Origin: Phoronis australis | Taxonomy: Eukaryota; Animalia; Phoronida | Direction of reading: 5' to 3' | NCBI GenBank assembly: GCA_002633005.1 | Contig: NMRA01000681.1 | Span: 62,001 to 126,000, forward strand | DNA length: 64,000 nt | Part shown: piece after piece, positions 50,203-64,000 of the stretch | How the letters are laid out: each line of letters starts with the position of its first letter | Numbering within the stretch: position 1 is the first letter of the stretch | Position numbers and translations under genes: made by a program | The notes under the pieces: generated by a model | What the model was told of the DNA's origin: nothing | The model's input: the letters and a program-made list of their open reading frames with translations, nothing else | The model's database searches: none

Positions 50203-52452
50203 GTGCCATCTAGTACAGAACATCTAAGCCCTATTTCAATGGTCTTACTCCCACATTCATCAGCATATTTAGCATTTTTTCTCAAGGTATTTAAATCATG
50301 AGTCTGCAGAATATTACTGAATTTACTGTTTTGTCCACCTTGTCCAATATAGATAAAAATTACTGGTGAATGTAAACTAAAATCTTCCCTCGACTATAAA
50401 TAAAGAATTCGCTGAACATCTAAATCTTACGGCAGGGCTACTCCATTTGAATTATTTTCTAAACATGTCACATGCATTGATGCATGTTTTTTAATAACAA
50501 TTTTTTATAAATTTGAGAAAATTGCTGCTTCTCCGATCCTGGATGTCAAGGTCACATCACCGTTGTTGAAATTCACTTGATAAGTGTGGCGCCATCACCT
50601 ATAACTTTTATACCCAACAACTCCAAAACCACACACTGCAACATTGGAGCTTAGAATCTCCAGCTGTGGTAATTGGTGTTATCCTGTTCCCAGCATATAT
50701 CTCTCACTATGCATTCCTACCTGATCCTGAATACATATATGCTGTGTTGATTTATTCCATTTGATGCTGTTCTAGTACTGCCTGAAGATGGTTTGTGTAA
50801 TGAAGAGCCAAAACATTGGATTTGGATATGTCAGTCTTCATGTGTGCACTCAGATTCTTGCTATTATTTTGGCCAAAAAACAACATTGTTATAACCACAC
50901 ACTAATAACAATAGTTTGACATTTAGAGCCCAGCAACACTTATCTTGTTCAGTCATTTCATACTGCACAATATAACACACAGTCACATAATGACAGTGTG
51001 GCATTTTAATAACCTTTAACCAGTATTTAACAACTCTTAGTTAATAGATGTACCCTAATTGTCACATTACAAAGCTCTCCTCTCACTGCAGCATTTGAGA
51101 CCTGCTAACCAAGTCTCGATAAATGTCAAAATTTCTTCTGCTCAATTTCAATGTTAGCAGCAATCTCGTACCCGTACAACACAATCGGTAATGTTTTTTA
51201 ATTAAATTTCTAATTCCATTTGCACAGGGATAATTGTGTATTATTATTTCAATACAACAAACATCTTTCACCGCTTTGTTAGCTAGTGTTTTCATAAGTA
51301 CATGTGAGTAAATTGTAATTAAAAACTGAAGTCGTTTGTGTCATTTCACCAAATAATGTCCACTTTTCATAATTTCTCAAGTATCGCCCTTTTTGAAGAC
51401 AATCAAAATGACCCACTGGAGCAGTCTCACTCGTAGCCAGACAGAAGCTTCGGTGTGCACAGTTCACAAATCTGCAAGAACTGACCATGCCATACACAAT
51501 AACCCATTATTGAGCGAGTGGGAAAATCTTTGATCAAGATTCCAATACATTCACCAGATGGAGTGTCTGTTCATATCTGGAAAGCTGGTAATCAGATGAA
51601 TATAGGGACTTGCGACAATTCCACACGGACATTTTTAATCAACCAATCAGATTCCCTAGTCCTCGTCATGGCATCGCACATCCCAATGCAACATTAGTTT
51701 GAGAATGAAGGCTGATGAGAGAACACAAAATGTTTATAGGAACATCAATTTTCATCTATGCGAAAAAGAACCAAATCACTTTGTATATCTACTTGACATA
51801 TGAAATTAAGTGATTTATTGCACTCATTATGCTAAGAGTAGACACTAGCTGTGGTATCTGGGCATCATTTTCAAGACATACCAAGAATGCATGGACAGCC
51901 ACACTAGTCAGTTTTCAAATACTGAAATAAAACTTTTCTTGTTTACTTGTGTTGAAAATTTTTGATAAAATAAAATTTTATTGCTCCAGCATGGAAAACT
52001 TTACCGTGCTTTTCTTTTTGCTTTACAATAGCTAGACTTTGAAAACTGACAATTTTGGCAATTTATGAGCAAAATAACATGCAGATGCAACAAATGAATC
52101 CCAAAACATTTCCTTATCACTGTGATTACTTGGTCAAATTAGAAACACAACATACACAGAAGATGTAAATATGTATGTATGTATGTTGAAAATTGCAAAG
52201 TGTTTTTAAAACAAGTTTTGTGTCGAGAACAATCCACCCAAAATCTCTCGACGATGTCCAGTAAGTATCGTGACATGGTATTGGGGAATAATACTGCTTG
52301 ATGTGAACTATGTGAGACCCCAAGGTATATCATTAGTGCAAAGGTCACAAGTATTTGCAGAAATTTTGTTTTCACATTCACAAGTTGTCAATAAACACAA
52401 CTGCACTTTAGTTAGTGTAGATGATGTTCAAATAGCATTGTCATTTGGTTCC

Positions 52453-53402
52453 CACAGGTGGATTTAGGGGGGGGCCCAGGGGGTCTGCCCCCCCCCCTTG
52501 GCTGCCACAAAAAATAAAACCCAGGTAATTAAAATTATACGGATCAAACAAGATTTAAATGTGTGCAATTTTAGTGTTTGGGGGGAGGGGCTCAGATCCA
52601 ATCTCAAGTGTCAAATTCGGAACACGGCGCAATCGTAACGGAATTATGGCCAAGTATATGCTCTCCCGCGATATCCCAGGCGACCGGCAGTGGCGCTGCG
52701 CACTATGACTCCGTTTCCGTCGTCTGCTCCACTGTGCATTGAAGAAAATTTACTTCATTTTTTAAAGAAAATGGAACCTGAGTGACGATGAAAAAACAGA
52801 AGCTGCTGGTAAGATGTGAATTTTAATCGAAGCCTTAGTGAACGACTCAGAAACTCACAATTCTCTCTTTGTCAAACCTTAACTTAAGACGATTTCCAAA
52901 GCAATCCCTTCATTATTGCCAAGACGAAAAACGGATTTGGTCTTTTGGGCATTTGAAGATTATTTTAAATACAACAAATTTGTTGCGAACCGAGTGCCCA
53001 AAATATAAAATGTGTAATAAGCATTACAAAAAGAAGTAAGTTTCGCGCGCAAACGCTGTGCACCATAAACAAGTACGTCTTAGTATTAAATTAGGAGTTA
53101 AATCGTGGTGTAGTGGTAAAGCACGCGCGCTCTATCCGCCAGGTCGTTAGTTCGAGTCTGTGGTATGTGCAATTTTTCCTGTTTGACACGTTCTCCTTTT
53201 TTGCCTTTTTTTCTTGGATAATACTTCAGGAATCAAGGAAAATGCTCGATTTTTAGAGGAAAACAGAAAAATTTCCTGGGCGGGAGGGGGGCAGACTCCC
53301 TCCTAACCTCCCCCCATTCCACGCATCTACAATTGTGGTTTGCGCAAATGCTTACAGAAAAAAATGTTGGGCCCCCCTTGTGATATCCTAGATCCGCCAC
53401 TG
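52453..53402. mobile_element. Non-autonomous DNA transposon, ~950 bp, 5-bp TSD
   Basis: Imperfect TIR cacaggtggatttagg / cctagatccgccactg (12/16), flanked by gttcc on both sides; G/C-run subterminal palindromes. Confidence 0.65.
53104..53165 (+). repeat. tRNA-derived (SINE-head-like) fragment
   Basis: A-box-like TGGTGTAGTGG and B-box-like GTTCGAGTC at tRNA-like spacing, but no convincing cloverleaf. Confidence 0.45.
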
Positions 53403-54146
53403 GTTCCTGCTATACCTAAGCATAGTTAGCAGTATGCAAATACATCTTTAAGGTTATGTAGGACCATACAAAAATGTTCAAATACAGCTAACTTTGAACC
53501 GTCATATCTTATCATCGCCCATTGCATTCATAACTCCAGATACTATGCTTTGCGCACTGTTCTCTAAAATAAATTTATGATTTCATAGAAAACATGAAAT
53601 ATTTTAGAAAACTAACAGCATTATTTAAATCTCATCTTGAACATTTCAAATTCAATATGGTCCTGTTATTGATACTGTTGTTTTGCTATCAGTGCTTCTT
53701 TCATTTTTGTTTAATTTTACTAAAATGACATTGTAACCAGACTCAACTAATGGCAGATTGATAAAGACAAAAATTATAGTTTTATAAATATTTGACTAAA
53801 TGTGCAGACTCTTCAATAAGGCCCTACACAAACTTGTAAGGTTAATATGTAAAAAGTAGCAAACATTCATACTTCTAACCAGCTCAAACTTGAGACCCCA
53901 AACATCTTTAGTCTGGTCTGCACGCCACCTGTTGGCCATAACACGTGACCTAATGACCATAAGTCTCAAAAAATTTCTGCCCCATCCAGACTCAGACCTG
54001 GGACTTTCCACTAATGTGATATGGCCAACACGTGGCATGCAGATAAGACTTTAGATAAAATGATTGCTATCTGTATTTCCACGCCAATTCAAGATTTACA
54101 TATTCATATACAAACATAAGACCTTAAGTTTACCAGTAAAAAATAA

Positions 54147-55082
54147 CTAAAAACTCCAGCATAATGACACACTCTTCCAAATCTCTTCCATCAGCTCTGG
54201 GGGCACAGGGTGAAATGAGATTCCATGTCCATAATAAGAACACGCGAAAGGTATGGGCTTATATTTTATCCTGACGGCAGGGTTATCCACGTACTGAATT
54301 TTGGTTAACTGACTGGCACAAAGCCCAGTAATGTAAACATCCTCATATGGAAGGAAGGGAGTAGACTGAGAAAAGCTAGCAAGTTTTGGAATGATGTCCA
54401 TGGAAATTATATAGCCTCCCCCTGATGTAAATGTGGGGTATGTCTTGTATGGGTACTGTTCTTCAGACACATACCACTTGGATGCTGGGTTTCGATTCGG
54501 TGTCGCATCTGTAATAAGGTGACCTAAGATGACATTTTTGGGATAATAGTTTGCAAGGAATTGCACTAGATAATCTGTGTTAACATAAACATCATCGTCG
54601 GTCTTGAACATGTAACTGGCACCAGGACAGAACTGTGTAACCCATTTTACTGCAGCAATAGACTTCAGAGTCATGTTACGGTATGTATCAAGACAATCCA
54701 CCTGGATGATGTCATGGTGCTGTTCACTCTCACTGTCTATACTCTCTTGCTGAGTTAACAGCGATGGTTTACCAATGATGAAGACCAACCTTATTCCATT
54801 GACCTGTTGATTAGATACACTTCCCCATGTCTTTCGTATCATCGCCCGTCGTTCACTATTCCAATGAGATGACATCACCACTATAACAGTAAACACTGGC
54901 AGGTTTGATTCAGTTACTCTGCATATGCCTGATGGATTATGGATGAGCTTGTTATAAAATTTGATGACAGTCTTATTCTGTGGTAACCTCGATGGTGAAT
55001 CCTCTATACCAGGAAACTGTTGATAGTAAACGAAAAGCTGAAGACAGTAGCTAAAAAGTACTGCAAAGAAGACCTGTTTCAT
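54147..55082 (-). CDS. Beta-1,3-galactosyltransferase-like protein (GT31/Galactosyl_T family), single coding exon, 311 aa
   Basis: N-terminal signal anchor; motifs RRAMIRKTWG, ESEQHHDIIQ.D..DTY.NMTLKS, FKTDDDVYVN, SKWYVS...YP...YPTF.SGGGY and EDVYITG. Confidence 0.92.
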   Translation of the reverse strand: MKQVFFAVLFSYCLQLFVYYQQFPGIEDSPSRLPQNKTVIKFYNKLIHNPSGICRVTESNLPVFTVIVVMSSHWNSERRAMIRKTWGSVSNQQVNGIRLVFIIGKPSLLTQQESIDSESEQHHDIIQVDCLDTYRNMTLKSIAAVKWVTQFCPGASYMFKTDDDVYVNTDYLVQFLANYYPKNVILGHLITDATPNRNPASKWYVSEEQYPYKTYPTFTSGGGYIISMDIIPKLASFSQSTPFLPYEDVYITGLCASQLTKIQYVDNPAVRIKYKPIPFACSYYGHGISFHPVPPELMEEIWKSVSLCWSF

Positions 55083-57419
55083 TGTATCTAAATACGTATT
55101 TCTATGGTAACATGACCGTAACCTTCAAAAGAAGCACACTGCCACAGAGGAGTGCCGATGGCAATGTGCACAGCAAACAATTCATTATCAAAACTGGAGA
55201 TTGTTTAGTTGCAAATGTGTCCAGCTCTGTTGAGGAATGAATCCTGTTGTCAGCCTTGGGGCTGAAAAACCATGGAGTCCTTTATAATTTTACAATTGAT
55301 TTCACCAGGTCTTGTTTCAGCCTTATGTTCATGCTTAACATGGTATACCAGTCCTGAAACCATAAAGAGAAAATATAAGATTTTGTGAGGCTTGTGATCT
55401 TTTTGAACACAAAGGAAGAGCTTTAAAAACCATAGTCAAATGTAACAGTTGATCACAGTTCATGGAGAGGCTCTCCCATAGGAAGACAGAGAACCTGTGG
55501 TATGTAATGGATGGGTATGGGTAGTGTTGTCTCAGGCAGTAGATATGCACATTACTTCTAGCAGACTGTGCCAAGGTGAGCTATCTACTCAGGTGATGTA
55601 TTGTAACGAAAGTGATGATCAAGCTAGGGTCAATGAAAGTGCTATTGTCTCAAGTTAGTGTGACTTTTCAACATAGTCTCGGATACCCATTTTACTGGTA
55701 ACCCAGGTAGTGCATTTGTTTGGATTTTGAATGTGCGATGGCACACCCCTCCAGACTTTTGATATCTTACAAATGCCAGGTGCACTGTATGTGGTTTACT
55801 GTAGTCTGAAATGGACCACCAAATTACATGTATGGTACTTTTAAGTGCTTTTAAGTTGTTAAGACAACTAGGCCTACCGACACTCTTGGATTCATAGACT
55901 ATATAACTTATAACTTAAAGCTGCATTTGGCCTTGTTCAGCAGGCTAAAAATGGAAATCGAATCAGATCATTACTATGACAATTTCGTACGTCTCATAAT
56001 AGTCTTTAGCATACTGGATTCTATTTCAGTTACCAAAAACATCCACCAATGACATAAAAAGTGCTTCAGAGCAGTTACTGAGGTTGACTTACCCTAAAAT
56101 TGTCAATCTGAAAAAGGCATGTATACACATCATATCATAGTAAAGAATATTATGACCGATTTTATGAGAACAAAAAATTTAATTCGATGTTTTCATTTTT
56201 AGTTGGCGAAGTGCACATGACTTAACTCCACACATGCCCCAATTTCATAGAATGCAGTCATAACAGCAATACAGGGGCACTGTACTGGTTTTAAATGACT
56301 GAATGACACATAGAGTATCGCAATAACTATATAATTAAAGCCAACACTGATGTGTATAGTCACTAGTGGGCTAAGTCTTCTTTACAAAATGATAATGCGG
56401 AACAAGGCGCAAAAATCCGACATCTGAATCCATATTCAATCTTTTGGATTTCATGGCTGCCACATTCCCGTTGGAATGCACATGCTTGTGCAACGTCGCT
56501 ACTTGTGTGAAGTTGTGTTGCAACGCAAAGGACGGTGCAGTATCTTTAATACCACGGGGGAAGTGACCAGCGGTGGTCCATTGTTTTGGTAGCTTTCATC
56601 GCAAACAACGAGTTGAAAATGAGTAACGAAATTTAAGGCAAGATATATACACCTTATCAATGGTGCATCACACGCTCTGCATCAGACATAGTCAACGTTC
56701 AGCATTTAAACAGGGTTGGTTTACCGACACAATCAGTCATCAGACTAGTGTCTAGTGACCATGAGTCTGCAGACAGCCAGCTGTGCTTAGCATCAGATAT
56801 TCGTTTCTGCCCAATTGAATATGTTTAAGGATCGACTATTTCTAATCCCACCACTGCTTGAAATATTCAACGCCTTCCAGCATTTAATACGCTAAGTGTT
56901 ACCTTTGTTCAAAAACATTAAACGCAGAACATGAATTCATGCCAGGGAAGAAACCGAGTGCTGATCGTGTCTGTCACAGCTCCGGAAGAATGGTAGAAGC
57001 AAAGCCCGACCTCTTACGGTAATATAGAAAACTGTTCCGCACCTCAGCCCCCGGCTACGCCGGGTGCGCCGCCCATGATAATTCACTAATATTGGCGTCA
57101 ATTTTTGAGATAAAAGGAGGAATCAACTAAAACTTTAAATCGGCCCCTTCATCAAAGATTGGATATTATGGTTCTTGGTGGATGTTCTTTTCCGACAGTT
57201 GCCATGTGGAGAATTTCTCGCCGACACTCATGTGACCGCTCTGCCCCAGGCTAAGCCCCAGACAACTTTTACGATGCCTATTCAGCACGCCCTTTGTATT
57301 GATGTAGATCTGAGCTTATGAAGTGGAAAGGTAATTGCTAGCATTACTGTCTCAACAATGGTTGTTGTTTCGTGCCCCCAATTTGGTTTTCTCTGACATT
57401 TGCAGAGTTATAGCCTACA

Positions 57420-58002
57420 CTCTGGAGAGTATAGTTTTAACTTGGTACATTATAAATATTACAAAATGACTAAAAAGGTTAACTTGTGTTTATCTTCACA
57501 AAGGGCCACTTCCCAAAGAACGTTAAGTTTCATATTGGTTTTCTTTATTCAATTTTTAATGCTTCTGCCCACTTGTTTTTTTTTTTCTTACCGGGAACGG
57601 GTTGATAACTTTTTACTCTAAAGTACCAAAACAGTGGTAGATTTTGATCGCCATCTAAACTTATAATTAGTTAAGTTCATTGTGAGCCCATCTCTAAATT
57701 TACCACATTACAAGTACACTAAACATTTCACGTGTCATTAAGTTTAATCTTTATTAGAACTCAAATCCTAAAATGTATACAAAAGTGCAAATATGTTGAT
57801 GTTGATGACCAAACTGAAGATTTGGAACTTCTCTGGACAATTTCAGTGGCACTGACTATATAACTATTCTAGCTCTTTGTCAGTAATAAAAAAATGAAAA
57901 GTGGGCACAACTACTGTTTCCAGGTCAAAAATCTGGTTAAACGAGATTGAAAGAATATAAAAAAATGAATCCAAGTGATATTGTTAACTCTGATCAGCGT
58001 TT
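57420..58002 (-). repeat. Interspersed repeat, ~600 bp, copy 2 (inverted)
   Basis: Collinear inverted match to 33061-33650. Confidence 0.8.
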
Positions 58003-59955
58003 GTTTATCCACCGAGTATATCAATACGCGCGGTAGTTTATCTTCAAACATACCCAATGGCTGTAGTTTTCAGATTATTAGTTCATGACATCAATTTTTA
58101 AAAATCGAAACCGTACTTGGTTGCATTTTTCCAGCTGAATACCGCCGTGGTGTTCGTTTATAACGAAAATCAGTGGTTAATGCATTTTGAAACTTCGCCA
58201 TTATGTACAGTCAGGGATGTTTAATACAGTTTATGATCGGATAATTACGTTTAATTGGGTCTTGCTCGCATCGGGCAATGCGGTCATCACAATTGTACCG
58301 GATTCCGGCGCCGCGTTCTCCTTGATCCTGGTACAAGCCGCTCAGGACGAGTGGTGAAAATCTTTAGAAATGCGTGACTTCCTTGTAAGCGTATTACTCA
58401 CGGTACAGCCGTGCAATTTGCTAATAAAAAAGCGTAGATCACGCTTTCTCCGCTGAACAGACGTACTAGAAACGGCGGACTCAGTTTCCAAATTTTCCTC
58501 CTGTCGAGAGTTACAGAGCATTATTTTGTTTCAGAGAACTGGATGGGAAAATGGACGTTTTTAATAGGCTACCAGCTAACTGATGAATAGGACAAAATAG
58601 GGGTTGGCATTCTTCTAAGTTGATGTAGATTAGTAACAAGTCTGAGCATTTCGTAAATTAACAGCTACATCACTACAGATTTTGACTTGGTAAAACAAAT
58701 TACATATTGTAAGTTGAAAGTATGTTAGGATTTGATTTTTAACTCTTTTTACCAACCTGCCATTAATTTGGTCATAAGCAAAAAAAGGAAGATACAATAG
58801 CAAAACAACAGCATCAAGGACATTATCAAGTTCTATTTGATACAAATTCAAAACACTGTCAGACCCTCATACAAAAGTGGAAATATTAAAACACAATCCC
58901 TTACAATGAATAGCAGAATAGTGTATAAGGCATAGTTATAGCTATAAGTTTTGTAGGATGATGATCAACTATGTCTGAGATTCCATTTTTCTAGGGTCCT
59001 ACATAACCTCAAAGCTTTAGTCCACTGGGCTCGGCTAAAACACAAAAATCTAATTAGTCCCTTTACTTTGACTACTGAAATTCGTCTCACTACTTCCTTA
59101 GTACTGTGGTAGGTCTCTATCTCCACAGGCAATGTGTACATGGACATTTTCAAATTCGCTATTTTAGGGTTGGACCACCAAATAAATTTTGAAGGGTTTT
59201 CTCACAGTTTGTGTTAGTTTAGTCACACCATTTGTCTCCCATTAGGACTGAAAGCTTGTGTTTTTAAGAAAGATTTTTAACGGATTTTAAAGTGATTTAT
59301 CAGTTTCTGTATTTATGAACAAGTTTGGTTGTGTAATGTAGAGTGTAGCGAACAGAGAAACAATGAAAAGTGTGTTCACACCAAAATATCAACGGAATTC
59401 AATGCTACAAACACACAAACATCTCATTTAGATCTACAGCTCAAAGGCAGTAAGGGAACAAACTACTTGAGAAAAATAAGACATACACATGAAAGTAGAC
59501 TGCCTGTCAGGAAAAGATTAAACTCTGTGCCTCAGGCCGTTCACCCATTAACTTAAGACACCCCAGGTGTGGTGAGCAAGCTCTTCCCATGGGCAGCAGA
59601 ACACAATTCTGACCATAGAAGAACTCTCAACACTTGTCCATAAAACACCCTGCATCACCTTCTCCACAAAACGCCATGCATCACAGCAAAACTCTTACCA
59701 CACTAACTGGTCACTGCAAGAACAATAGAACTTGAACTATGACCTCGCTGACATGGAACTTGAACAACAGCCAAGCACAAACACACTTACTATGCGAAGT
59801 TGCAGTTCAGCGTTGGTTTAAATGTTGTTTGTACATGGTACTTAATGCAAAGTAGTAGAGAGTTCCGCCCTTGTGATAAGTATTCTGTGACCAACGATAG
59901 CTCAAGTGCTCACATACCACACCAGAGGTTATTTCCGTGACAAGGTTACTGCATC

Positions 59956-62054
59956 TTAATTGGTATTGGTTCTGATAGGCCAACCAACAGGGTATGCACT
60001 TAGTGACTCGCTGCGTTCCGTTGAACTTGTTGCTCTCATGACTGTTTCATTGTCACCCTTTGGTTCGCTAAACAGATGTTTCATTTCCGCCTCATGAACA
60101 ATCTTGTGAATGTTGTACCTTACTTCAGCTTGGGCTCTTGGTGGAAGTTTCCGAATTGTTGACTGAATAGATGATAAAAAGAGCGAAACCTCATCTGGTT
60201 GCTGAATTCTTCCAATCCATTCACTGCCTGAACTTTGGTTTTGCGTTGATTCTTGCAGTGGGTAGGAATTACAGGTTGACACGATGGCTGGAATTTTAGC
60301 ATTGGACACTCCGTAATTCTGTAGGTTTAGTTCACGTGAATCCAGTTGCCTCTTATTTGAATTTGCATTGGTAAAAAATGGCGTCACAGATAGAGTTTGT
60401 GAGAATGGTGTCGTTATAACAGTGGCTGGCACTACATCAGAAAAAGACGTTTGAGGCACTGTAGGTATGTTAGGATACTCCACAAAGCCTGATGAAACAG
60501 TCTTACCAAAATTTGGTGATGTCACCTTCATACAACAATGTGAGTCTCTGATTTCATCCTTGATCACAATGGTAGGGTGCTCAACATTATTGTAGGGTAC
60601 GACCTCGTTATCACCATCATCATCATCATCAACGGATCCAAAACAACTTCTGAAAAGAATTTACTATTAGTCAGTTACTCGCAGAGGCAAACAAGGGAAA
60701 CAGTCACCTACAGTGGTCCCACATTTTGAGAACTATTTATCTCCATTCAATAACAGGCATCAAATGGATTTCCAAAATGCAGGACCCCTGTAAATGACTA
60801 TTGCTCCAATAAACATACTACTTAAAAGTATGAAGTCTAGCGGATATGCAAGAAGACAACTTATTAGCTCAGTTCCAAAAGATCAAAATTAATTGGTTCC
60901 ATACTGAACACGGTGATGAAATGGCCACGAAGATAAATGACCCCAGAAGGGAGGTGAAGAAAAAATCAACCACATATACCAACTAACACCTGCGATCAGG
61001 AACTAAGGCAGATTGCATGTCTGTTCTGTGGACTGAAAAAAATCCGTTTGTGAACACTAATGAGAATCTGCCCTTCAATCAACCACCCCCAAATCAGCCA
61101 GCCATGACGTGCAGGTAGGTAGGAGGGACATCTGCCCTGGGCCACATGATGATAGGGGGTGGCTGCTGATAGGGGGTGGCCCAAATGTCAATTATCTTTT
61201 GCTCCAAAGTGGCTATTCAAACTTCACCACTGCAGTCGACAGAACTCATTCTTATAGTGTGAAACCTCCATTTCAATGGTTCAATTTGTTAACTCTTTAA
61301 GTGCCTATGGTCAATGCAAGCGATAGGTCGTAATACTAACATTTTTGCTTTAAAGTTCTGAATGCTACAAGTCACCACTGAAAATCCTCGTTTTGGATTG
61401 TATCCCTTTATTTGGTTTGTCAGATGAATAGTCCAAATTGCACAATAACATCGAGGACCGAATGGTGTTTGTTGATTAGTTTAATGGGATGATGTGTCGC
61501 CGCTAACATGATTTCTTTGGATACACCTTGATCTCTAACTAGCGCTGCATCAGATGAGCATGATATGCTAATTACAAGCAAGATGGTAGATAAGATGTCT
61601 TCATGAACGCTCATTCTGAGCAGCTGATCTGCCTTCACATCAGATGTCCTGTCTGCCTTCTTATACATTAAACAACTTAACACAGAGTGAGGCAATGTGA
61701 AAAAGCACATCAAAGTCGTGCATCGTCCAGAGTAGAACATAACATTACATGTAAGCAGAAATTTCGACGTGCATAGAAAAAAATGAAACCAGTGGGAAGT
61801 CACCTTTCCCGCATTCTTGCGCGTAAGGTAACCACTACGTGAAAATATAATACGCTAGTTTGGCAAACTTAGTAAATATCCTCACCGGCTGTTTCTCAGG
61901 GTTGCTACGAGAAAGCCAAGTTTATAGGCATATTTATAAACTGTTGGTTTTTCATTTGGAGACAGTTTGATACCCTTTCGTATTCTGTCATTCTTCTTGT
62001 AACTCCTCACCATTACGTCTCTGATGTTTTTCCATTTTCCTTGAACTTCAGCAA
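59956..62054 (-). CDS. MADF-BESS domain transcription factor (Adf-1-like), last two coding exons
   Basis: Exon 61886-62054 encodes VAEVQGKWKNIRD..VRSYKK...YKYAYKLGFL (MADF C-terminal half). It splices in phase to exon 59956-60649, which contains the BESS-like FLSSIQSTIRKLPPRAQAEVRYNIHKIVHEAE. The first exon(s) were not found in the window. Confidence 0.8.
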
Positions 62055-64000
62055 CTGAAACAATGGACCAAGGCGTGTTACATGATAGCTAATACATCAG
62101 GACTGCCACCCATAGACTCATGACATTAGCTTGCAGTTGTGACAAAAACTGTCCAGTTACGGAATGAAAAGATGAATTCTATCATATGATTTATGAATTT
62201 AAACTTCAAACATCACCAACCAATCACTTGAGTGGCTGCCATTTTGTGTTACATTATATCAGTATGGTCTCGAGCGCTCACCAAACCCTCAGCATTTGGT
62301 CACAGGATTTTGCGTGGTCTCAATTGTCTCACAAAAAGTTGGTCCATAAAATGCTCCACAGATTTACAGGGGAGGGGACCCAAAAAGAGCTCTAATTTAC
62401 GTTTCATCCAAATTGTATGTTTACATCATTTTTCCACATTTTAGATGATGTAGACAGTAGATACAAGAAATTATTTTGGATGAAATTGAACATCACACTA
62501 AGCCACAGTGTGTCACAATTGTTACGGTCTGCTTTTCCAAAAACTGGTACTTGAAGCACAAACACACCATGCAGGTGGGATTTAGGCATGAACAATCTAC
62601 CTCATAGAAATTAAGTAATCCGAAAGTTTGCAGGTCAAATCTCCAGAGACTGAAACTATAAAATCTACCAATAAAATCAGAGTGAATATACTCGGAGGAT
62701 TGTAGAAGATCCATATGGAGGATCATTGTAAGTAATAATCTTAGTCATAACGACAACTGCTTGTAAGAAATGGCACATTGATATTTTTTTGGGGATACAT
62801 CAACCTATTCCTGAAAGTTGCAAGGATTCTGGCTAAAGCAGGTCAATTGCTGTGACTGTTAAAGGAATTTTGCTCAATTTCTAGTCTCCTGAAATTAACC
62901 TTCAAATACTCAATAGAGAAGCTTTGGCGATTTCGTTCAAATGAGAATAAGGCGATCAAGTCACTAACAACTCAGCATTCATGGCAGCGGCCATGGACAG
63001 TAACAATAAGAATTCATCTCTATTCTGTTCTCAATTGTTTGAACAAAGATGAAAATTAGTTCCTTTGGTATTGTAGCAGTTTGTAGCAAGAAATGGACGA
63101 CACACTCCAGATGGCCCTTGACCGAATCTACATACCAAACTTCAATAGAATACCTTAAAGGAATGCAAAGCAAAATTTTGAAAAATGTCCATCACAGCTC
63201 CATCTTTGATCCGGTTATGCCACAGAGCAAGGGGCTTTGATATTTAACAAGATAAATGTTGTGTGCGAATATCATGTCAATCGGACAAAAAATGTGACAA
63301 ACACAAAAAAATAAATTTCGCAAAGTAAAAAGAACAGTAATAACATAGAAATGCACAGTAGACGGAGAACAATTTAGCTTAACGTGAATACAGCTAAAAC
63401 ACAATGTATTCAGGTAGGAAGGCAGCTGCACAGCATTAAACAATAAAATATTAAACACAATTGCACAAGAGAATACAATACAAACAGCACGTACGCCATA
63501 GCTGCAGGTTGAGAGGTCTGATTAGCATTCATTTTGTACTAGAATATTTCAAAAAATCCCTATTATCTAAATTTTGAAACATTCAATAAATTTGTTTACA
63601 AAGGCAAAAAAATCAAATATTTGTTGTTTCTCTTATAAACAAACCAAATCTTCATTTCAATTTTCATAAACTGTTTTGAGACATCATGTCAAAATTTTGC
63701 TTAAAGCAGCAATAACCAACTTTTGATATAGACCATTTACCATAATGAAATAAGTCTCATATTGTTCCTTAGTAAAATTACAGATGATTTCACGGCTTAG
63801 AAAAAACTGACAGTTCATCTATATAATGTTTTCAGACTAGGATATTCAAATTGGCTTGTCATGGTTTGTCACTTTATGGACAGCGCATGGTCTCGAGGAA
63901 TAATGAACTGTCACATCTCATCAGAGTAATGAATGAGATGAGACCACTATTTTTGTCAAAGTGACAGTAAGTTCATTCAATTCTTGGATGGTACACAGGT

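Noticed and set aside
53104-53165. Functional tRNA gene
   Set aside because: A/B boxes are present but acceptor and anticodon stems do not pair convincingly.
63701-64000. Possible Kolobok-like left end (ttaaagcagcaataacc)
   Set aside because: No matching right end within the window.

Overview
AT-rich, intron-containing animal genomic DNA, probably from an invertebrate such as a lophotrochozoan (inferred from the spliced USP gene and the repeat types). Five host genes can be reconstructed from splice sites and reading frames: (1) the 3' exons of a sterol-desaturase/fatty-acid-hydroxylase gene (+); (2) a complete 9-coding-exon STOML1 (stomatin + SCP2, -); (3) a universal stress protein (USP) gene (+), apparently head-to-head with STOML1 and with a ~26 kb first intron; (4) an intronless GT31 beta-1,3-glycosyltransferase (-); (5) the last two exons of a MADF-BESS transcription factor (-). 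The most notable feature is a pair of internally deleted Kolobok-type DNA transposons in USP introns (TTAA target sites; 158-bp TIRs in the younger copy). Each carries convergent remnants of a THAP-domain transposase and a Cys-rich protein resembling the P2X7 ballast/ZCD domain, with an ETS-CRE-like motif inside each TIR. Also present are several MITEs (three with 5-bp TSDs, one 94-bp hairpin with an 8-bp TSD), Helentron/HINE-like repeats, minisatellites and one assembly gap. All calls come from manual reading; no database searches were run.
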